Source of the DNA: Phoronis australis | Lineage: Eukaryota > Animalia > Phoronida | Length of the DNA stretch: 64,000 nucleotides | Assembly: GCA_002633005.1 (NCBI GenBank) | Contig: NMRA01000788.1 | Location: 73,199-137,198 of the forward strand | Direction of reading: 5' to 3' | Shown: positions 1 to 14,800 of the stretch, in pieces | Layout: every line of letters begins with the position of its first letter | How positions within the stretch are numbered: the first letter of the stretch is position 1 | Position numbers and translations under genes: made by a program | Notes under the pieces: generated by a model | Seen by the model: the letters and a program-made list of their open reading frames with translations, nothing else | What the model was told of the DNA's origin: nothing | The model's database searches: none

Positions 1-542
1 ACGAAAACTTGACATTATCGAATACATATATGAACATCGAACAGAAATTTTCAAAACATTGAATACGATTGTAATGAACATTGAATACATATAATCTTAT
101 GAAACATAAATGTAGATAACATTGAATATAAGATCAAATATAAATATAAATATACGAAGATCAAATATAAATATAAGAAGATCAAACATAAATTTTAGAA
201 AGATCAAATATAAATGTAAGATACCGACTACATATAATTACATCAAACCTATTTTTTTGAACATTGAATTTTGCAACACATAACACGCCATAGATTTCTG
301 TTTGCTTGCGCTTTACCCAGATGAATCCAAAGTTGTATGTTTATAGAGCTTTGTACCAAGGCTAGGTTTATGGGGCTTAAGAGGAAGGGGATACAGTATA
401 AACAAAAAAGTCAATGTTGAGAGGGTGGGCTGTTTCCCTAATGTTTAGTTGCCAAAAGCGAAAAATGAATAAAAAAATCATTACTGTGATAGGACTTGAT
501 TTCATTTATCGACAACAACTTTACACCGAAACAATCAGCGAT

Positions 543-1241
543 ATGGAAAGTCATTTAGCGAAAAAAATCCGGGACACAAATTTTCTATTCAAGAATTCTT
601 TGCAGGACCAAAAAATATACTCAAAACCAAAATTTATCACGCGAGAACCTATAATTTATCATGCCGGGGCCAAAATTTAACATGCCATGAAAAAACATTT
701 ATTACACCAGGACATAGAATTTCTTGCCAGGAGAAAATTTCATGCCAAGAGAAAATTTCATGCCAGGAGACCACATGACAATGACGATACGCTGCGTCTC
801 TGTAATACTGATCCGTATTCCAAGTCTAGTGTGTCCAAGTATACATTGGCTTCAGTTGTAAAATGGGGAAGAGTCGCCAGAAATTCAGCCTCATTGTCAC
901 GATAATGTGACTGTTGTAGGCGAGGTGTTATGCATCTATGACATCGTCTCTTTGAGGGTTCATGTGCTTGTAGGTAGTCTCATGATATCCTGGCATGAAA
1001 TTTTCCTGACGTGAAATTTTCTGGGTGTGTGAAATTTTCCCTGAAGTGTGAAATAATAAATTTTCTGTCCTGGCATGATAAATTTTCGGTTCTGACATGT
1101 TAAATTTTGGTCCAGACATGATAAATTATAGGTCTTGGCATGATAATTTTTGGTTTCGAGTATATTTTTTGGTACTGCAGAGAATTTGATTTTTGAACAG
1201 AAAATCTGTTTTCTGGAATTTTTTTCGCTTTTGCTTTCCAT
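543..1241. mobile_element. Long inverted-repeat (foldback/MITE-like) element
   Basis: About 250-bp imperfect arms (gcgaaaaaaatcc...catgccagga versus tcctggcatg...ggaatttttttcgc) built from catgccagga-like subrepeats around a short spacer. Confidence 0.75.
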
Positions 1242-4200
1242 AACACTCAAGAAAACCTTCCCGTTCAGAGTTTATGGGGGGCTTGTCAACCTTAATATTT
1301 AATTAGCAAATTTGAAAGTGGCATATTAGTGCATTGCCCGTTGAGTTGCTGGCTCATTTGGCATGGTACGTAGTGTTATTTAACCTCAAAGTGCTTCAGT
1401 TAAGAATTCAACAGTAGGCAGTTAAAAAACTGGTAATTGTAATGTTTTCCAGGAACTTGGTTATCATGTCTATTCAGATCTCAAGGTCTAATGTCACTTT
1501 CACACCAATGTCACGGTTTTACCGTTTTTGAAGAGCATAACTTCCAAACTTAAACAGCCATGGAAACTAATCTCAAAATAGGAGGATTAACCTGCAGAGG
1601 TGAACAACTCTCCTGCAGTGGAAAAACTTAAATCTGCTTTGACAGATGTACTATTAGAAGTCATGACTTGCTACACATGTATTCTACCAGCCTCCCGTTC
1701 AATAACGCTAGGACCTTGCTAAAAAGCAAGACTTCGCGAGGTTACGTGAGATATTGCCGTGTATTTTAAATGAGAACACGTGACTTTGACTAGGTTTTAG
1801 CTAGGTCCTAGCGTAGGTCCTCGGCCTCGCGTCTACTGAACGCACGCCAGTAGTGCGAATCTTGCACCACCTGGTGTTAAATTTATAGAACTTAAGGGGT
1901 AACTCTGAGAGAGGAGCTAGTTGGAAGTTAAGTGGAGGTGCACTGGACTTTCAATAGACTGGGGTTTCCGTAATGGTAAACCGACACTATATGGTTATTG
2001 ACTTTCACCATGTCAATGTGGTTTTCAGATCCCAAAGCGGAATTGTTATTTTGGGCCTAATTCCCTGCAGCAAGTTAGTTATGTTTGGACTTTCAGTTGG
2101 TGAGCTGGCATTTTTTAGTCCAAAAATTTGTGGGGACATTTTGAAAAACCTTCCAGCAGATGCTCTGAACAGTTCAAAGGAACCATTCAAATATATTTTG
2201 AGGTGGTAAAATGTTTTAATCGTTGGATGGGAATTTTTGAACCTAAACTACTCAGGCATTGAGGGCCCTGAGCAGTGAATGTGAAAAAATTATTGACCAT
2301 GGGTGAATTTATGATTTCAAATGTTCGAAATCACATAATGATTGATGTTTGTGATCTCTATATAATATTTAGAGGTCGTATTTGTGTCTCACAGCTGGTT
2401 TCTCCCGTTCGTCAATAATTATTGAAAGCATAACTGATCGGTGATACCTGAATTGTTTGATCAGTGAGGAATGACATGCCTTCTGAAGAGAGGACACAGT
2501 TTTTGTTATGGGATGTATTAAACTACAGACTGGTCCTTTGTTGTCATGTTTGGTTGGTTGTTGCTCAGGTCAGCATTATCCATGCCACTGAAAGGGACCA
2601 ACATAAAGACTACTTATCTATACAATAAAACTTTCCAATTCAAGAAACGACTTGGTAGATGAATAAAACTTCCTTTTTCTCATTCTTATAAGTGATGAAC
2701 TCCAAATGAGTGCTATCACTTTAGTTTTGTGTCATAACTATGGCAAATTCTCACTAAATTTGAACTCTACGGGTCATCCGTGTGACATTTTGTTTCCTAT
2801 TTTTTTCATAAAAAGAGTTAGCACAAAAGCAATTCCTTTCCATGTTCAAGCTACATGCCGTCACTACCATCGGGCAATATTTTTGAAAAATGTAGGTATT
2901 TAGAACAATGTCAGAAGCCTTAGAAAAATAAAACGGGCAATTTTGGCGATTTTTTTGTTCAAAAGTGTTGAAATTTTATCGCATCAGAAAAAGATCCGTC
3001 TATTTTGGCAATTATTTTTGTTTGAAATGGTGAGAGTTTACTTTACTATGATAGTGATCTGTCTATTTTGTCTTGTTAATGGCAGTCTGTATCTTTTTTC
3101 TCTTCAAATCCATAGTCAGTACTTTTCTTGCTCTTGGCTTATGAATCTTCGACAAAATAGTCAAAGCACTGCTCTGCTCTGCAGGTGCGGGGAGGTTGAT
3201 AATTACCCAGAACTGCCTGCCAGCTCAGAACAAGCATGCTCTCTTATTTATAAGCTATTGATCCGGCAATCAATAACACGCTGTTACACCAACTGCTGCC
3301 ATCTAGCAACTCACGGGTTACTTACGAAATTCTGCTGAAAAATAAATACTTCTATGGTGTTTAATCTTGCTTACTGCCTGCCAATCTGCTCGTGATTTCC
3401 TTTTTCTGCCAATCACAGTAATTCACACAGGTGCCCCTATTAGGATGTTGCTTAATCGCTCCCTACTCCTGATCATTCAATATTAATTGACCTGCATACT
3501 GCATTTGAATATTATATGTTAATGCCTTTGCTATCTGCTACCCACAATGCAACAGACCAGCTTATTGATCTTGTTAACAGCAACAGACTCAGTGAGACTG
3601 ACAGGGTAGCAGGTGCTGTCATGTTCTCTGGGTAGATTTCACGTTTTTCATCCCCACCCGCACATTTTGTTTTCTACGAGAGCTGGTGGGTAATCACGAG
3701 AGTCACTCGCCAGCGGTGTTGGAATATCCAGAAGCCGAGCGTATCCATTCTCGGCTCAACTGTTTAAAGGTACGGTTGGCAGTCTGAAGTTGACAGTTCA
3801 CAATCTGCATTAAGATCCTATTGATTTTCTACCATTTTGGAAGTGAAAGAAAACCTCGCCTGCCTTTGGCGTTGTGGTTGTGTTGTATGGATATCTATCT
3901 TGTTGTATTGGCTTAAATGCCAGCTAATTCAGGAAATTGGCATCTCGGGTTTTTATTGTATTGTATTTCATTACTTCGCAGAGTGGTCTTAATTAGAGTT
4001 ATTTTTACCAAAGCCTGGCTGTGTAACTGAACTATTTCCTTCAAATTACGGAAACAAAGCAAGAATGCTAATGTGTATTCATTGTAGTCACATGCTCTCT
4101 ATAGTGCTAATATGTGTTGAACTAGAGGTGTTAATGTAGGTTAGGATATTGCTAATATAGGTTGAACTAGAAGTGTTAATGTACATTGGGAAGCAAAGTA

Positions 4201-6399
4201 GCATTACTGTGTTGCTACCATAAGGATCTGCTTTAACCTCGCACCACCATTGTGTCAGTACTTTGATGCAGTGGAATTTGAAAAGGAGCCATTTTGTTGC
4301 AGTGACCATGAGTAATGCAGGAAGTGAAAAATATATCAAAGAGTAGGGATGCCTGGATAGAGTTCAATAGCTGTCTCACGGCAAGTAAAATCTTGCCAAA
4401 ATCACATGCTGTCATACAAAATATAGGGCACTATCTTGTGCAATCTCACCAAGTCTTGCAAAGTTGTAATTCTTTCAGAAGATACATACAGTACTTTTGG
4501 TCTGTAGCAGGTATAATTAGTAGAGTAGACATTTAGCTACACACGGACTTACACAGACCCTACATAACCGTAAGGAACTTCGGCAGTTTGGCACAAAGCT
4601 CTGCAAAGTAGCCGACAGTTTATGGCACTGACTAACTTATAAAACATTTGAATATTGCTTCTGATTTCAAAGAACAGGTTACTTGATTTGAAAAACGTTG
4701 ATTTTGCATTGAGGTTTTGTTAACTACAGCTTTGGGCAATAGCTTGTGACATCATACTGAACACGAGAACTATAATGATTGCATTAATACAACTGTTGCA
4801 TGGTTAGCAGAAGGTTCTGGGTTCGAGTCCCGGTCAGGGGCAGAAATCTTTTCAGAATTATATTCATTAGGTCACGTGATGTGACCAAACAGATGGCGTG
4901 CTGACGGGACAAATTGTTCGCAACTGTAGATATGTCTTTGTTTTTGCTAAAATGGCAAATTTGAATTTATTATAGATGCAACTTTTCATTTAGGTTTAAC
5001 CAAGTCAAGAAAACTTAGTTCACAATCTTACCAACCTAACATAATCACCATCTGTAGGCCTTGGAAAGTTTGAGTGAGTTAGGGAACACTAAATTAGTCT
5101 TGAATTGAAGTTAACAAGTTAAGTTTACTTAGCCAGTAAACACGCGGATTGAGCGACAATGGTTTGACACGCCACTGCAGTCTGAATGCTCAACTTTGGT
5201 GCTCATCGAAGATGTCGGTAGGGGTCACTGTTTTCACAATGACGAAGGTCAATTATTACACTGTAGCAATTACTTCGATGACCCTAGTGTCACGTAATCA
5301 TTACTCCAGTGTTTGCTAACAAAGCTAATGGGAATGCTCATTCGCACTTTATGTCGACTTTTCGCTAGTAACTGTATTTAACTTGGTGGGAAAAAAACCC
5401 TGTTGCAGTGGAGCTGTTGGAGTCTTGGCATTGGTGCACTTTGTATTGAGAAACTGGTAGAGGTGAAATAGTTCTGAAACCCTCTTTCAATCCCCTAGTT
5501 TTGTTTCTTATTTCATAGTAAAAACATGAGGGAAATCAAAAAAGAAAGAATAAAGAAAAAATAATTCAGGTACAAGTTTTTGATAAAGCCAAAATACTAA
5601 AATTTTAGGCACTCAAAATCAAAAAAATACTTCTTACTAATGCCTCTGTTTAGGCATCCAAAATGGAAAAAGTTATTCTGTTACACCACAGATTTTTAAA
5701 GATTTGTGGTTGGCAAAGACCAAAGTATGAAATCAGAAGACTTGAAAAAATGGAATTATGAACCACCGGTACTTGGAAACCCTTTAGTAGGTTAAAAAAT
5801 TCAGCTGAGAGTTAAGTTGATGAAATTAGCCTTATATTCTGGAACAAAACTATGTCGTTGGTTACTTTTCATGGAAGCTTTCTGCAAATGGATTTTTTTT
5901 TTCGGGCCTACTCTCTAACTGAGTGTGCGAATATCTTAATTTTCCAGCTGCACCTCCACCCGCTGGAGAGATACAAGGGATGCTCGTGAATAATTGCATG
6001 GTTTTTTTACCGTCTCAACTTTCTTACATCTAAGGTGCCTTGCCGAGGTCCTTTCAAAGCCAGTTGAAGGCTTAAGTGGAGAATTGGCACTTGACATTAA
6101 ATCGTTTGCTTTGCTGCTGTGTTTTGAAGCTTATTAAGCCCTGTCTTGAATCTTAACGTTTAGAACAATAATTGGTCGGTGTCTTGAAATGAATTTTTTT
6201 GTGCATGATATTTTTCATCTTGGTTTTGATCATGGTTATGTGTGTGGTGGCCAGTCCAACTGATTGACAGGCTGCATGACTTTGTGTTGTTTCTTGTAGA
6301 ACATGTGAGTGCAAACTTATGTGAAGAGATTGTGCCTGAAAATATCAATATTTCGCTGTTGTAGGTATCAATAGTCTTTTTCGCTCATTTTGTATTTTT

Positions 6400-7955
6400 A
6401 TGCGCCCACATATTTATATGTGGATGCATTATGCTGTCATCCGTGTCCGTCCCTCCGTCCGGTGTCCGCTGCTCTATCTCCAAAACCGGTTGACATATGT
6501 TCATGAAATTTTCCACATTTGTTCCTTTCATGGATGGGATGGCATGAGCGAAGTTTCGGACGGATCCAACTACCGGTATGTCCCCTAGTGGCAATTTTAG
6601 TTTTTTATGTTTAGCTCTGTATCTTCAAAGGACCTGAACATATTTTCATAAAATTTGGTTTACAGGCTTCTGTTAGTGAGGTGATGCTATCTTTTCATTT
6701 CCAGATGAATTTGACCTAGTTTGTGCCACCTAGTGGCAGGCCTTTATCCAGGATTTCAAAAATAGGGTGTCCAAAATGGGGTTCCCAATATTCGAGGGCG
6801 TCCATAATTCTGACGCGTAACCCCCCACCCCCAGCAATCCCCTCAAACACACAGATTTTTTTACAAAAAATGCATAGACCAAGTTTTTTACATCTAAGTT
6901 TACAAAACAGCCTTCTGTAGTGAGCATTTTTTTATAAAAAATTGGTGTAGACCAAGACTTTTACAATGCTATCAACCAAGTGTGAGCATAGCAACATTGT
7001 ATATACTTTGTATATACGTACATTGTATATTTCTTAATGCTTTGAAAAAAGAGCCCCCACTGAACCTTCAGAGGGTTCCTAGCAATCATTACAATGTGTA
7101 TGTCCAAACTTGAAAGGTTCCTATTGACAATGGGCGTCCAAATGATACAATGGGCGTCCTTGCCAGAGCGTCCATATTAGTGCTAGTCCAAATGGACACC
7201 CAGGACATACGCTGCATAAAGGCCTGCCTAGTGGCCATATTTACCATTTTTGAGTCTATTTTTTGGCATCCACCCCTCTGTCAACCAAACCGATTTCAGG
7301 ATAATCGTGAAAATTGACATACTATGATTTTACTATGAAGTGGACAGGTAACGATGATTTTTTTGATGACTTCGATTACTGTGGCGCCTCCTAGTAGCTG
7401 TTTTGTTTTTTTCGCCCATGGCTGTATCTCCTAAACCGTTTGCAGGATCTTTACTAAATTTAGCAAGTGTGTTTATAATGTTGACAAAGGACTACGACGA
7501 TTTTCGAATGGATCTGACTACTGGTGTGCCCCCTGGTTGCAATTTTAGTTTTACGTTTACCTCTGTATCTTTAAAGGTCCTCAACGTATTTTCATAAAAT
7601 TTGGAATGTAATCATCTATTGGTGAGATGACGCTATCCTCCCATTTTCAGTTAGATTCAAGGTATTTATATGAAGCTAACTATAGGCAATGACTTTGAGG
7701 CAGACAATGTGCCCCCTAGTTGAAATGTCATGTTTTTTTTCTGTTTTCCTTTGTTTGTCTGAAGTTCCTTGACAGATTTTTTGAAATTTGGTAAATAGCT
7801 TTCTACTAAAGAAGCGATGGCATATTCCGTTTTCTGATGGATTGAACGTTTTGCACCATCTAGTGTCAATTTTATGATACAAATGAACAACTCTACAAAC
7901 ACACCATTTGCGATGCATTCGTGGGCACTTTTCAACACTCCGCGTTGCTCTTGTT
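6400..7955 (+). mobile_element. Non-autonomous Helentron-type (HINE/DINE-1-like) element
   Basis: T-rich flank, 5' atgcgcccac with a nearby inverted copy, CGTC microsatellite, internal core repeat, 3' gtgggcac followed by a caacac/gcgttg stem-loop and ctcttgtt. Homologous to 59283-61005. Confidence 0.8.
6737..7226. mobile_element. hAT-type MITE nested in the HINE
   Basis: TIRs caggcctttatccag / ctgcataaaggcctg, with an exact 8-bp TSD cctagtgg (6729-36 and 7227-34). Confidence 0.9.
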
Positions 7956-10900
7956 GTAAAAATTGAGAGTTAGACCATGCAGTGGTTGCTACACTACCGT
8001 GCCATGACTCCAGCAAAATCTCTTCTGTTTGCAATAAATTATGGCAGACATTAGTGAAGTTTTATTGTATCAAATTTCTCAGCAAAAAGAACTGTTTTTT
8101 AGGAAAGTTGAAATAGTTTTCAGCATGGTTTTTACATTAAAGCTGTCTAGGAGCAAGATTTGCTAAAATTTCATTCATTTGTAGTGATGTAGTTAGTCTG
8201 AAAAATGACTACTTTAGTCAATAATTCTTCCTATCTTTTGACATGATGGGTTGTCGTGGACTAGTTGCAGCCATTGACGTACTTCCTTGAGGATGGCCGG
8301 AAGCAAACTGTGGTGTCCAACAAAAAATATTGATCAAAGACGATTAGGGCTTTGGCATGTTCTCACAAACGTGTGACAGGCAAATCATGATGGATGTTTG
8401 TGTTTTGTGAGTCTGTCCATAGTCCGCATTGTGTTAGGTGAACAGAGGGTGAAGTTAAACACGCCTTCTACGTCACGGCCATGTAATCCTAATCGATATT
8501 AGTTATTAAAACAGGCACAGAAGCAAACACACTCTTCAACTGTTTGTTCAACCCGGTGTTATAGATTTCATGCCCATCATCAGTTTTTGTCTCAGTGTAA
8601 AATCTCTCCAAGTTAGGGCACAATTGAATTAGAAGACAGCTGTGATTTTATGGTTTAAAATGTTTATCAAAAATTATTAGTAACAATAAATCCCTCACCA
8701 TTGCAAGTCCTATACTATTACTGCCATCAGAATGTGCTTTGCTAAATGGTGGGGTTTGACCACTGTGTTAGAAGCCTTTGAAAAGTGAAGAAATGCTAAT
8801 GTGGGGATTATTATCTGGAGCCTGTGGCATTTCACTCTAGTTTAGGTAGTGGTTCTTTTCAGCCTACTGTGCCACTTTTGTTAAGGAACTGTGCAACAAA
8901 CAGATAAAAAATTATTGATACTTTCTGTAACTATGTATATGCATGTTGCATAATTAAATTTTTTGAGTCACTTGAAAGTATGTAATCTCATTTGGATTTG
9001 ACAATTTACTTATCTCTGGTTATTTAGTCTAGTGAGTCCTAATGTGTTATCCTTTGAGGGATAGATAGACAAATTTATGAATGTACAAAAATTACCATTT
9101 TCACGTGAATGACTACTGTTGAGTAGGTCAACTCATGTATATCCAGGCTTTGTTAATATTTGTGCGGAACTCGTGAATATCCGTTGTCTTCTGATGTGTG
9201 CAGATGCAAAAAAGTGATTTTCAGACCACCACGACTAACTTTTCTCCTTCGCATAACCCTGCAACTGGTTTTTGGTCAAGACTTTGGTTGCCTAATTCAC
9301 GGTAGCGATGTTTGCACCCTGAGGTGTTGTGGTTAGTTACCGTAGAACTAGAACGAAGTCACTGTGGCTATTGCTAAGGTAATTTTCCATTCATTCGCAT
9401 AAAAATAAATGGTAGTAATTGTCATTTTCCATTTTTCAAAGCGGCTCACTGGGCTATAAATAGTGGAAACTTTACCAAAGGTTTTATGTCTACACAGTAT
9501 GTTTACCTTTGTCAAGAAATTTGACAAAATAGAATTTCACTTGTCAACCCTGCTGTGGACTAAATAGGTGAAGAATTCCGGTTTGCCAAATCCATTCAAA
9601 TGTCATTGAAGATCAACTACCACTAATCAAGGAGTGTTTGAATCATGCATGAGGTTGTCACATGAACAAATAATGGACTGACTTGTTTGTGTTTTAATCA
9701 CCCAGATGCAATTGATTTTTGTGATACCTCTGGCTTAGGGTTTTTGCTTGATTGAAATGCTTATAAAGATTAAACCTCTGAAAGATTCAATACCTGCTAT
9801 GTTTCAAAAGTTCACTGTTAACGTGTGGTGACCTGCCACATGTAGTGAAAAACACCAGAGTGCCTTGGACACCTTGGTTTTGGGGCTGAAAGTCGACTCC
9901 ATTCCCCTATGAAAAATGTTTTAAAAATCTTGCAAGTTTACCTTCATTAAGCCCGAAATTTCCTGTCCAATGATTGAAAGATATCGACACTTGGTGACAT
10001 GATGTGGTCGCTTATGTTGTTCAAGGGTATTGCCGTTTTGTTATCTTGTGCATTTTGTTTGTTCACTCCCTTGACAGTCATATTTTATGTGATTAATGTT
10101 TCATACTTAAAAAAAACATTTTTCTGACTTAAGGGATTCCTTGCTATAACTCCACCATGCAGTAAGGACCTATCGGGTACCTCAACCAAAAGTTCTCTCT
10201 GAAGGCAGGGGCACCTTTTTCCTTATGTAGGCCTTCGGTCTTGAGAGTTATTTCTGTTTTTAAATAGCAATAACAGATGACTAGTTATGGAATAGCTTCT
10301 GTCTTGTTAATTTTGCCCCCCCCCCCCCCCCCCCNNNNNNNNNNNNNNNNNNNNNNNNNNNCCCCCCCCCCCTCCCGGATAATGTGATAATCCCTGGCCA
10401 TGATGGGTGGCTAGTTTGACAATAAATTCTGCTAGCTCCCAGCCATCTGGATTACTTTGACCAATTATTATAATGTGGTGTGCTGTAAATGGCTTGTTGT
10501 TCTAAGAGTAAACTGGTTTGAATTGCAAATCGACATAATGCGCATGTTGCATTAGTTTTTTGGAAGCCTCAACCCTGCAGAGTGTAATTTTTGGAAGCCT
10601 CCGGCTTGGAATAGATGCCATTTTAGCCTCTTTTGACGTGGTGAATTTGCGATCCTTTTTGTGCTGGGTGGAGTTTGTTGATTGCTTCGAGTTTGTTGAT
10701 TGCTTGGGTGGGTAGACTCACATCTCAGGGTGACTATTTAAAACTGGCAATTAGGATTTGTCCTAACTGTCGTTGTCTTTAGCACTTACCATAATAAATG
10801 TCAGTGGCCTTTGTTCAGATATTACTGGAGCTTTGATTGCGATGATTGGAATGACAGTTGGCTGTGAACAATTAGGAGTTTTGAATTACGTAAGGTAAAA

Positions 10901-11659
10901 TGATTGTGCCTTAAAACCCTGTTTGCACGCTTTGATTTTTTTGTCTGCAACCAAATAATGTGGCTAGGACTTAATTACGACTGTTAAGACAGGTGTTCTG
11001 ACTCTACTTTTAAAATTTTAAATGTAAGGGCTCTTTCAAACTCACTTAAATTCGGTATGAGTGAAGCGTTGACGTAAACTGTGAAGTTATTTGAACCGTT
11101 CATACTACCTGGTAGTTTAGTAACAGCATCGAAGTAAACGTCATGGCTGCGAAAACGATAAGTTTTGATACACGATTTGAAGAATCGGTGAAGTGGGCAA
11201 ATGTTAGCCCCATGGCTCAGTATTCGCCACAGGCCAACCACCTGTCTAAGGTAAAATAGTCCATCAAGACACCTTTGTGCAACAGTCATCAATGCCAAAC
11301 CATTCCCACACCATATATTTTCTTCCTGTAGTATTTTTGAGGTGATCTACATGTCCCCAAATTGAATCCTGTAATATTTATTCAGTGCCCACTGAATTGA
11401 TGAAAATAAGATGTGTATTATTTGTGAAGCATCAGTGACAGCTGGTATATTGTTTTCAATAAGATTTGTCCAGAAGATAGCCTCCATGTGGTTTATATTA
11501 ATTAAGTTTTCTATATATAAATCATGTGAAATGCTTATTTGTGTATCTTCTACCAATTACTTCATTTTAATTAACTTGATGGTAGAGAGGGTTCAGGTAC
11601 TCATGCCAGGTGATTAAATGGTTATTATCGCATTTTCAATCAATGCTCAATATTGAATG

Positions 11660-11890
11660 TATGTCTGACCAGCATATGGGCCTAGTGTTGTCAACTCTGG
11701 TAAGATCTGACCAGCATATGGCCCTAAGTATTGTCAACATTCCCGAAGATTTGACCTGGTGAGTTATGTCTAGGGTTGTCAAAGTTGGAAGGATCTGATC
11801 AGCATATAGAAGGACTTATGTTGTCAACACTCACCATCTGGCCAGCATATGGGGCTAGTATTGTCAACACTCCCACGATCTGACCAATCA
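11660..11890. repeat. Degenerate minisatellite of about 43 bp
   Basis: tctgaccagcatatggg...ttgtcaac recurs about 5 times. Confidence 0.75.
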
Positions 11891-14800
11891 GTTGCTGCTG
11901 TGCTGTTCTTATTTTTTCTTTAGAGCTCATTGTTCATAAAGTTGAGCTTCAGGAAGGATGTCGTTGTCCATTCCATGGAGAGAGTCTTACCATTAGGTTC
12001 GCATGAGCAGCGAAAACACTTGCACTGTTCTTCAGTGGCTGTCTACATTGGGGCTTGTTTTCTCACAACCCAAATTACTTGTAAAGTGGAAAGCGGAAGT
12101 TGATTTCAAAGCCCTTTTCTCACCACCCCGATAGAAAATCACACAATTCCTCAATAAGACTGTCCCGGATTCCGTAGCAACACATGAATCTTGTATTTAC
12201 CCACAAGGACACAATCGTCAAGCACTTTAATAGATGGGGGGGGGGGTGCCATTAGGATTCCACGTGTTCTTTGTTATATTCTTTACAAGCATTTCTCTTG
12301 AGTGATCACATGCTTCGGTTTTGTTTGCAGTTGCTGACCTAAAAGTTGTGATCAGTGATATGAAACACACCTTGTTCAAAACTTTTATTTGCTCGATTTA
12401 CCCCATTGATGTACCAGTGTTGCTTCTTGTCTTTCATTTTAACAACATTAAATGCACTCAAAAGTAATTGCCAAAGTTGTAATTATTGTATTGGAAATTC
12501 TCCAAAAGTTGTTTTATGACATCTGCAAATCATACTAGTCATTGACTAAAATTTTCTTTAAGTTTATTTTTATGGAGAAATTCAATGAAATAGAATTTCA
12601 CTAGTTGGCAGTACCATGTACTAACCAAGTTGTTGTCAGGCCTTCGAGGTCGTCTTGTGCGTTGTGGTGTTGCGGGCATTATTGTCTAATCTCCCTGCCT
12701 TCCTCGTCATGCCACTTTTCAGTCGATTTCTCTAAGTGTCGCTTTGTCAATTAGCGCTTTCTTGATTTCGACCTTATCGCCTTCATCAGACCTCAGAGAT
12801 CAGACTCAGTATTACAGAAATTCACCTAGTAGCCTTGTTATGGAAACTCACCTTGTTAAGTTAATATCTGAGCTTGTTATTCAAGACAGGGTGTGGGGTG
12901 TACTATTTCTAGTCCCATCGCTTTCCTCACAGATGACGCCTACGTAGGTGTTGGTCGTCAATCAGATCAGTGCTCAGATGTTTAGAATATCTAACTGGTC
13001 CCTTTGGGAATTTCAACTGATACTTCCTACTGTTACTAGTTATTGCTTCGTCTGTGAGCAGAGTTTAGTTTCTGTTGGGGAGAAGTTACTGCTGTGTTTC
13101 GATGGAGTTTGAAAATGTGTTTTAGCCGGGCTTTTGAATTACAACTTGAAAATTTATTTGAGTCACAGATGTGAACAAACAACGTGATGTAAAAAATGAA
13201 GTGCTACCTCTTGTGAGTGTTTTGGTCTGTTTCAGCACTGAAAAAGTGTGGTGTGAACTTATCTTGACCCATGTTGCTTCCTTTCCTCAGGCAAATATTG
13301 TCACGCTTTAAAATTGCTGTGTTAGTTTCATTATATTAGTCGTGACTGAAAAGTTACGTTTAATGGAGCAAACTGAAAGCATGACTTATTGTTGAAGTGT
13401 CACGAATACTGGGCTAGCTGGAATGGGAGAATATTTCAATGCAGGTTAACCCTGTCCATCACACTTGTTGGGACTGGGTGCATTAACTCAGGCGTTTGTT
13501 TGTTTCTTTGGAAGACCTAATCTTATGGGGGTGTCAGGTGGGTGGGGTCATAGGTTGTTGCAAATGCTTATTTTCATGCTGTGGTTGTTTATTTGAGTAG
13601 GATGTTGTACAACAATCATTGTTAATGTTCAGTGAATGTTGTTTGGATCATGAGATGTTTATGACTGTTGTGTTTGGGTGTCCACTTTATTTGTGTGCAA
13701 GTTATCTCAAAGTTTGGTATTTCTTGGAATGAAAGCAAGTTTGTAGAAACTGGGCTAATGTCATTATGTTGTTTCACCAGGTTCATGAGCACTCTCAGTT
13801 CTGTGTACTTGGTCCATGAAGGTGAGGTGAAGTATGGGATTCTGTAATAATACTTGTCAATATTTCTGTGTACATGAATAAGACACCACCATTCCCTCCA
13901 CAGTTTCACTGTGATATAATGTGCCTACATTTTGAGAGCCAGTTGATGCCCGTAATTCAGTGGAGAAAACTAGTTCTAAAACTCCAACTATTAATTTAAA
14001 GTTGTTGAAGCCAAGTTTGGCAAGGGAGATTCTTAAAATTTGAACTTAATCCAAATTTTTATGTTACATATGGAAATGAATCATGATTTTAAACGGGGCT
14101 CTAAAACCCCCGCAGTTGAATGTCCTTCAAGTGCATTCTGACTAACAACAATTGCATGAAAATTTAATTGGTGACCCTGGTGAGGTCTGAATTATTGGCA
14201 ATCAATGGTCAATAACCTCAACGGGTTAGTGGAAAAAAATTCAAAATTGTAGAATCATTAGGATTCAACAACTGTTAGTATTTTTGGAGCAGCTGGAACT
14301 GGTCAACCAGGTCCAAAATATATTTTGAGACAATACCACTGATGTCACTGTTTCCTTTAAATTCAACTATTTGGAAAATGGAAAGAGTTTTGTCAATCAC
14401 GTTTGTTTCATTATAGCTCTGTATGTATTTGTGTTTTACTGGCAGTCCATAAATTTCACTTCAGTGCCATTCAACTGTGGCGGCCATTTTGTTGCACCAC
14501 CAGGCTATCGAAAATTATTTTCAAATTCCATATTTAATCGTTATTTTGAAAACTTGAAAATGCCATGTTTGGTGCTCTTCTGTGCCAACTAATTATGGAA
14601 GTTGTTTTGAAACCTTCCCTCAATGTTTTTCTTTCAAAAACTACTATATGTTTGCATTAAGGTAGATTATAACACAGTGGCTTGACACAGTACTGTGGCA
14701 GTCAACTTTTTGTTGACCTTTATATGCAAGCGGTTTGATTTTGAGTTATAGTAGCCACCTGTATCTGTCTAAATGTTGACAGTAAGAATCAACTATTTTT

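Noticed and set aside
10315-10375. Poly-C/poly-G runs next to N gaps (also near 37160 and 56153) as G-quadruplex elements
   Set aside because: They coincide with assembly gaps, so the homopolymer lengths are unreliable.
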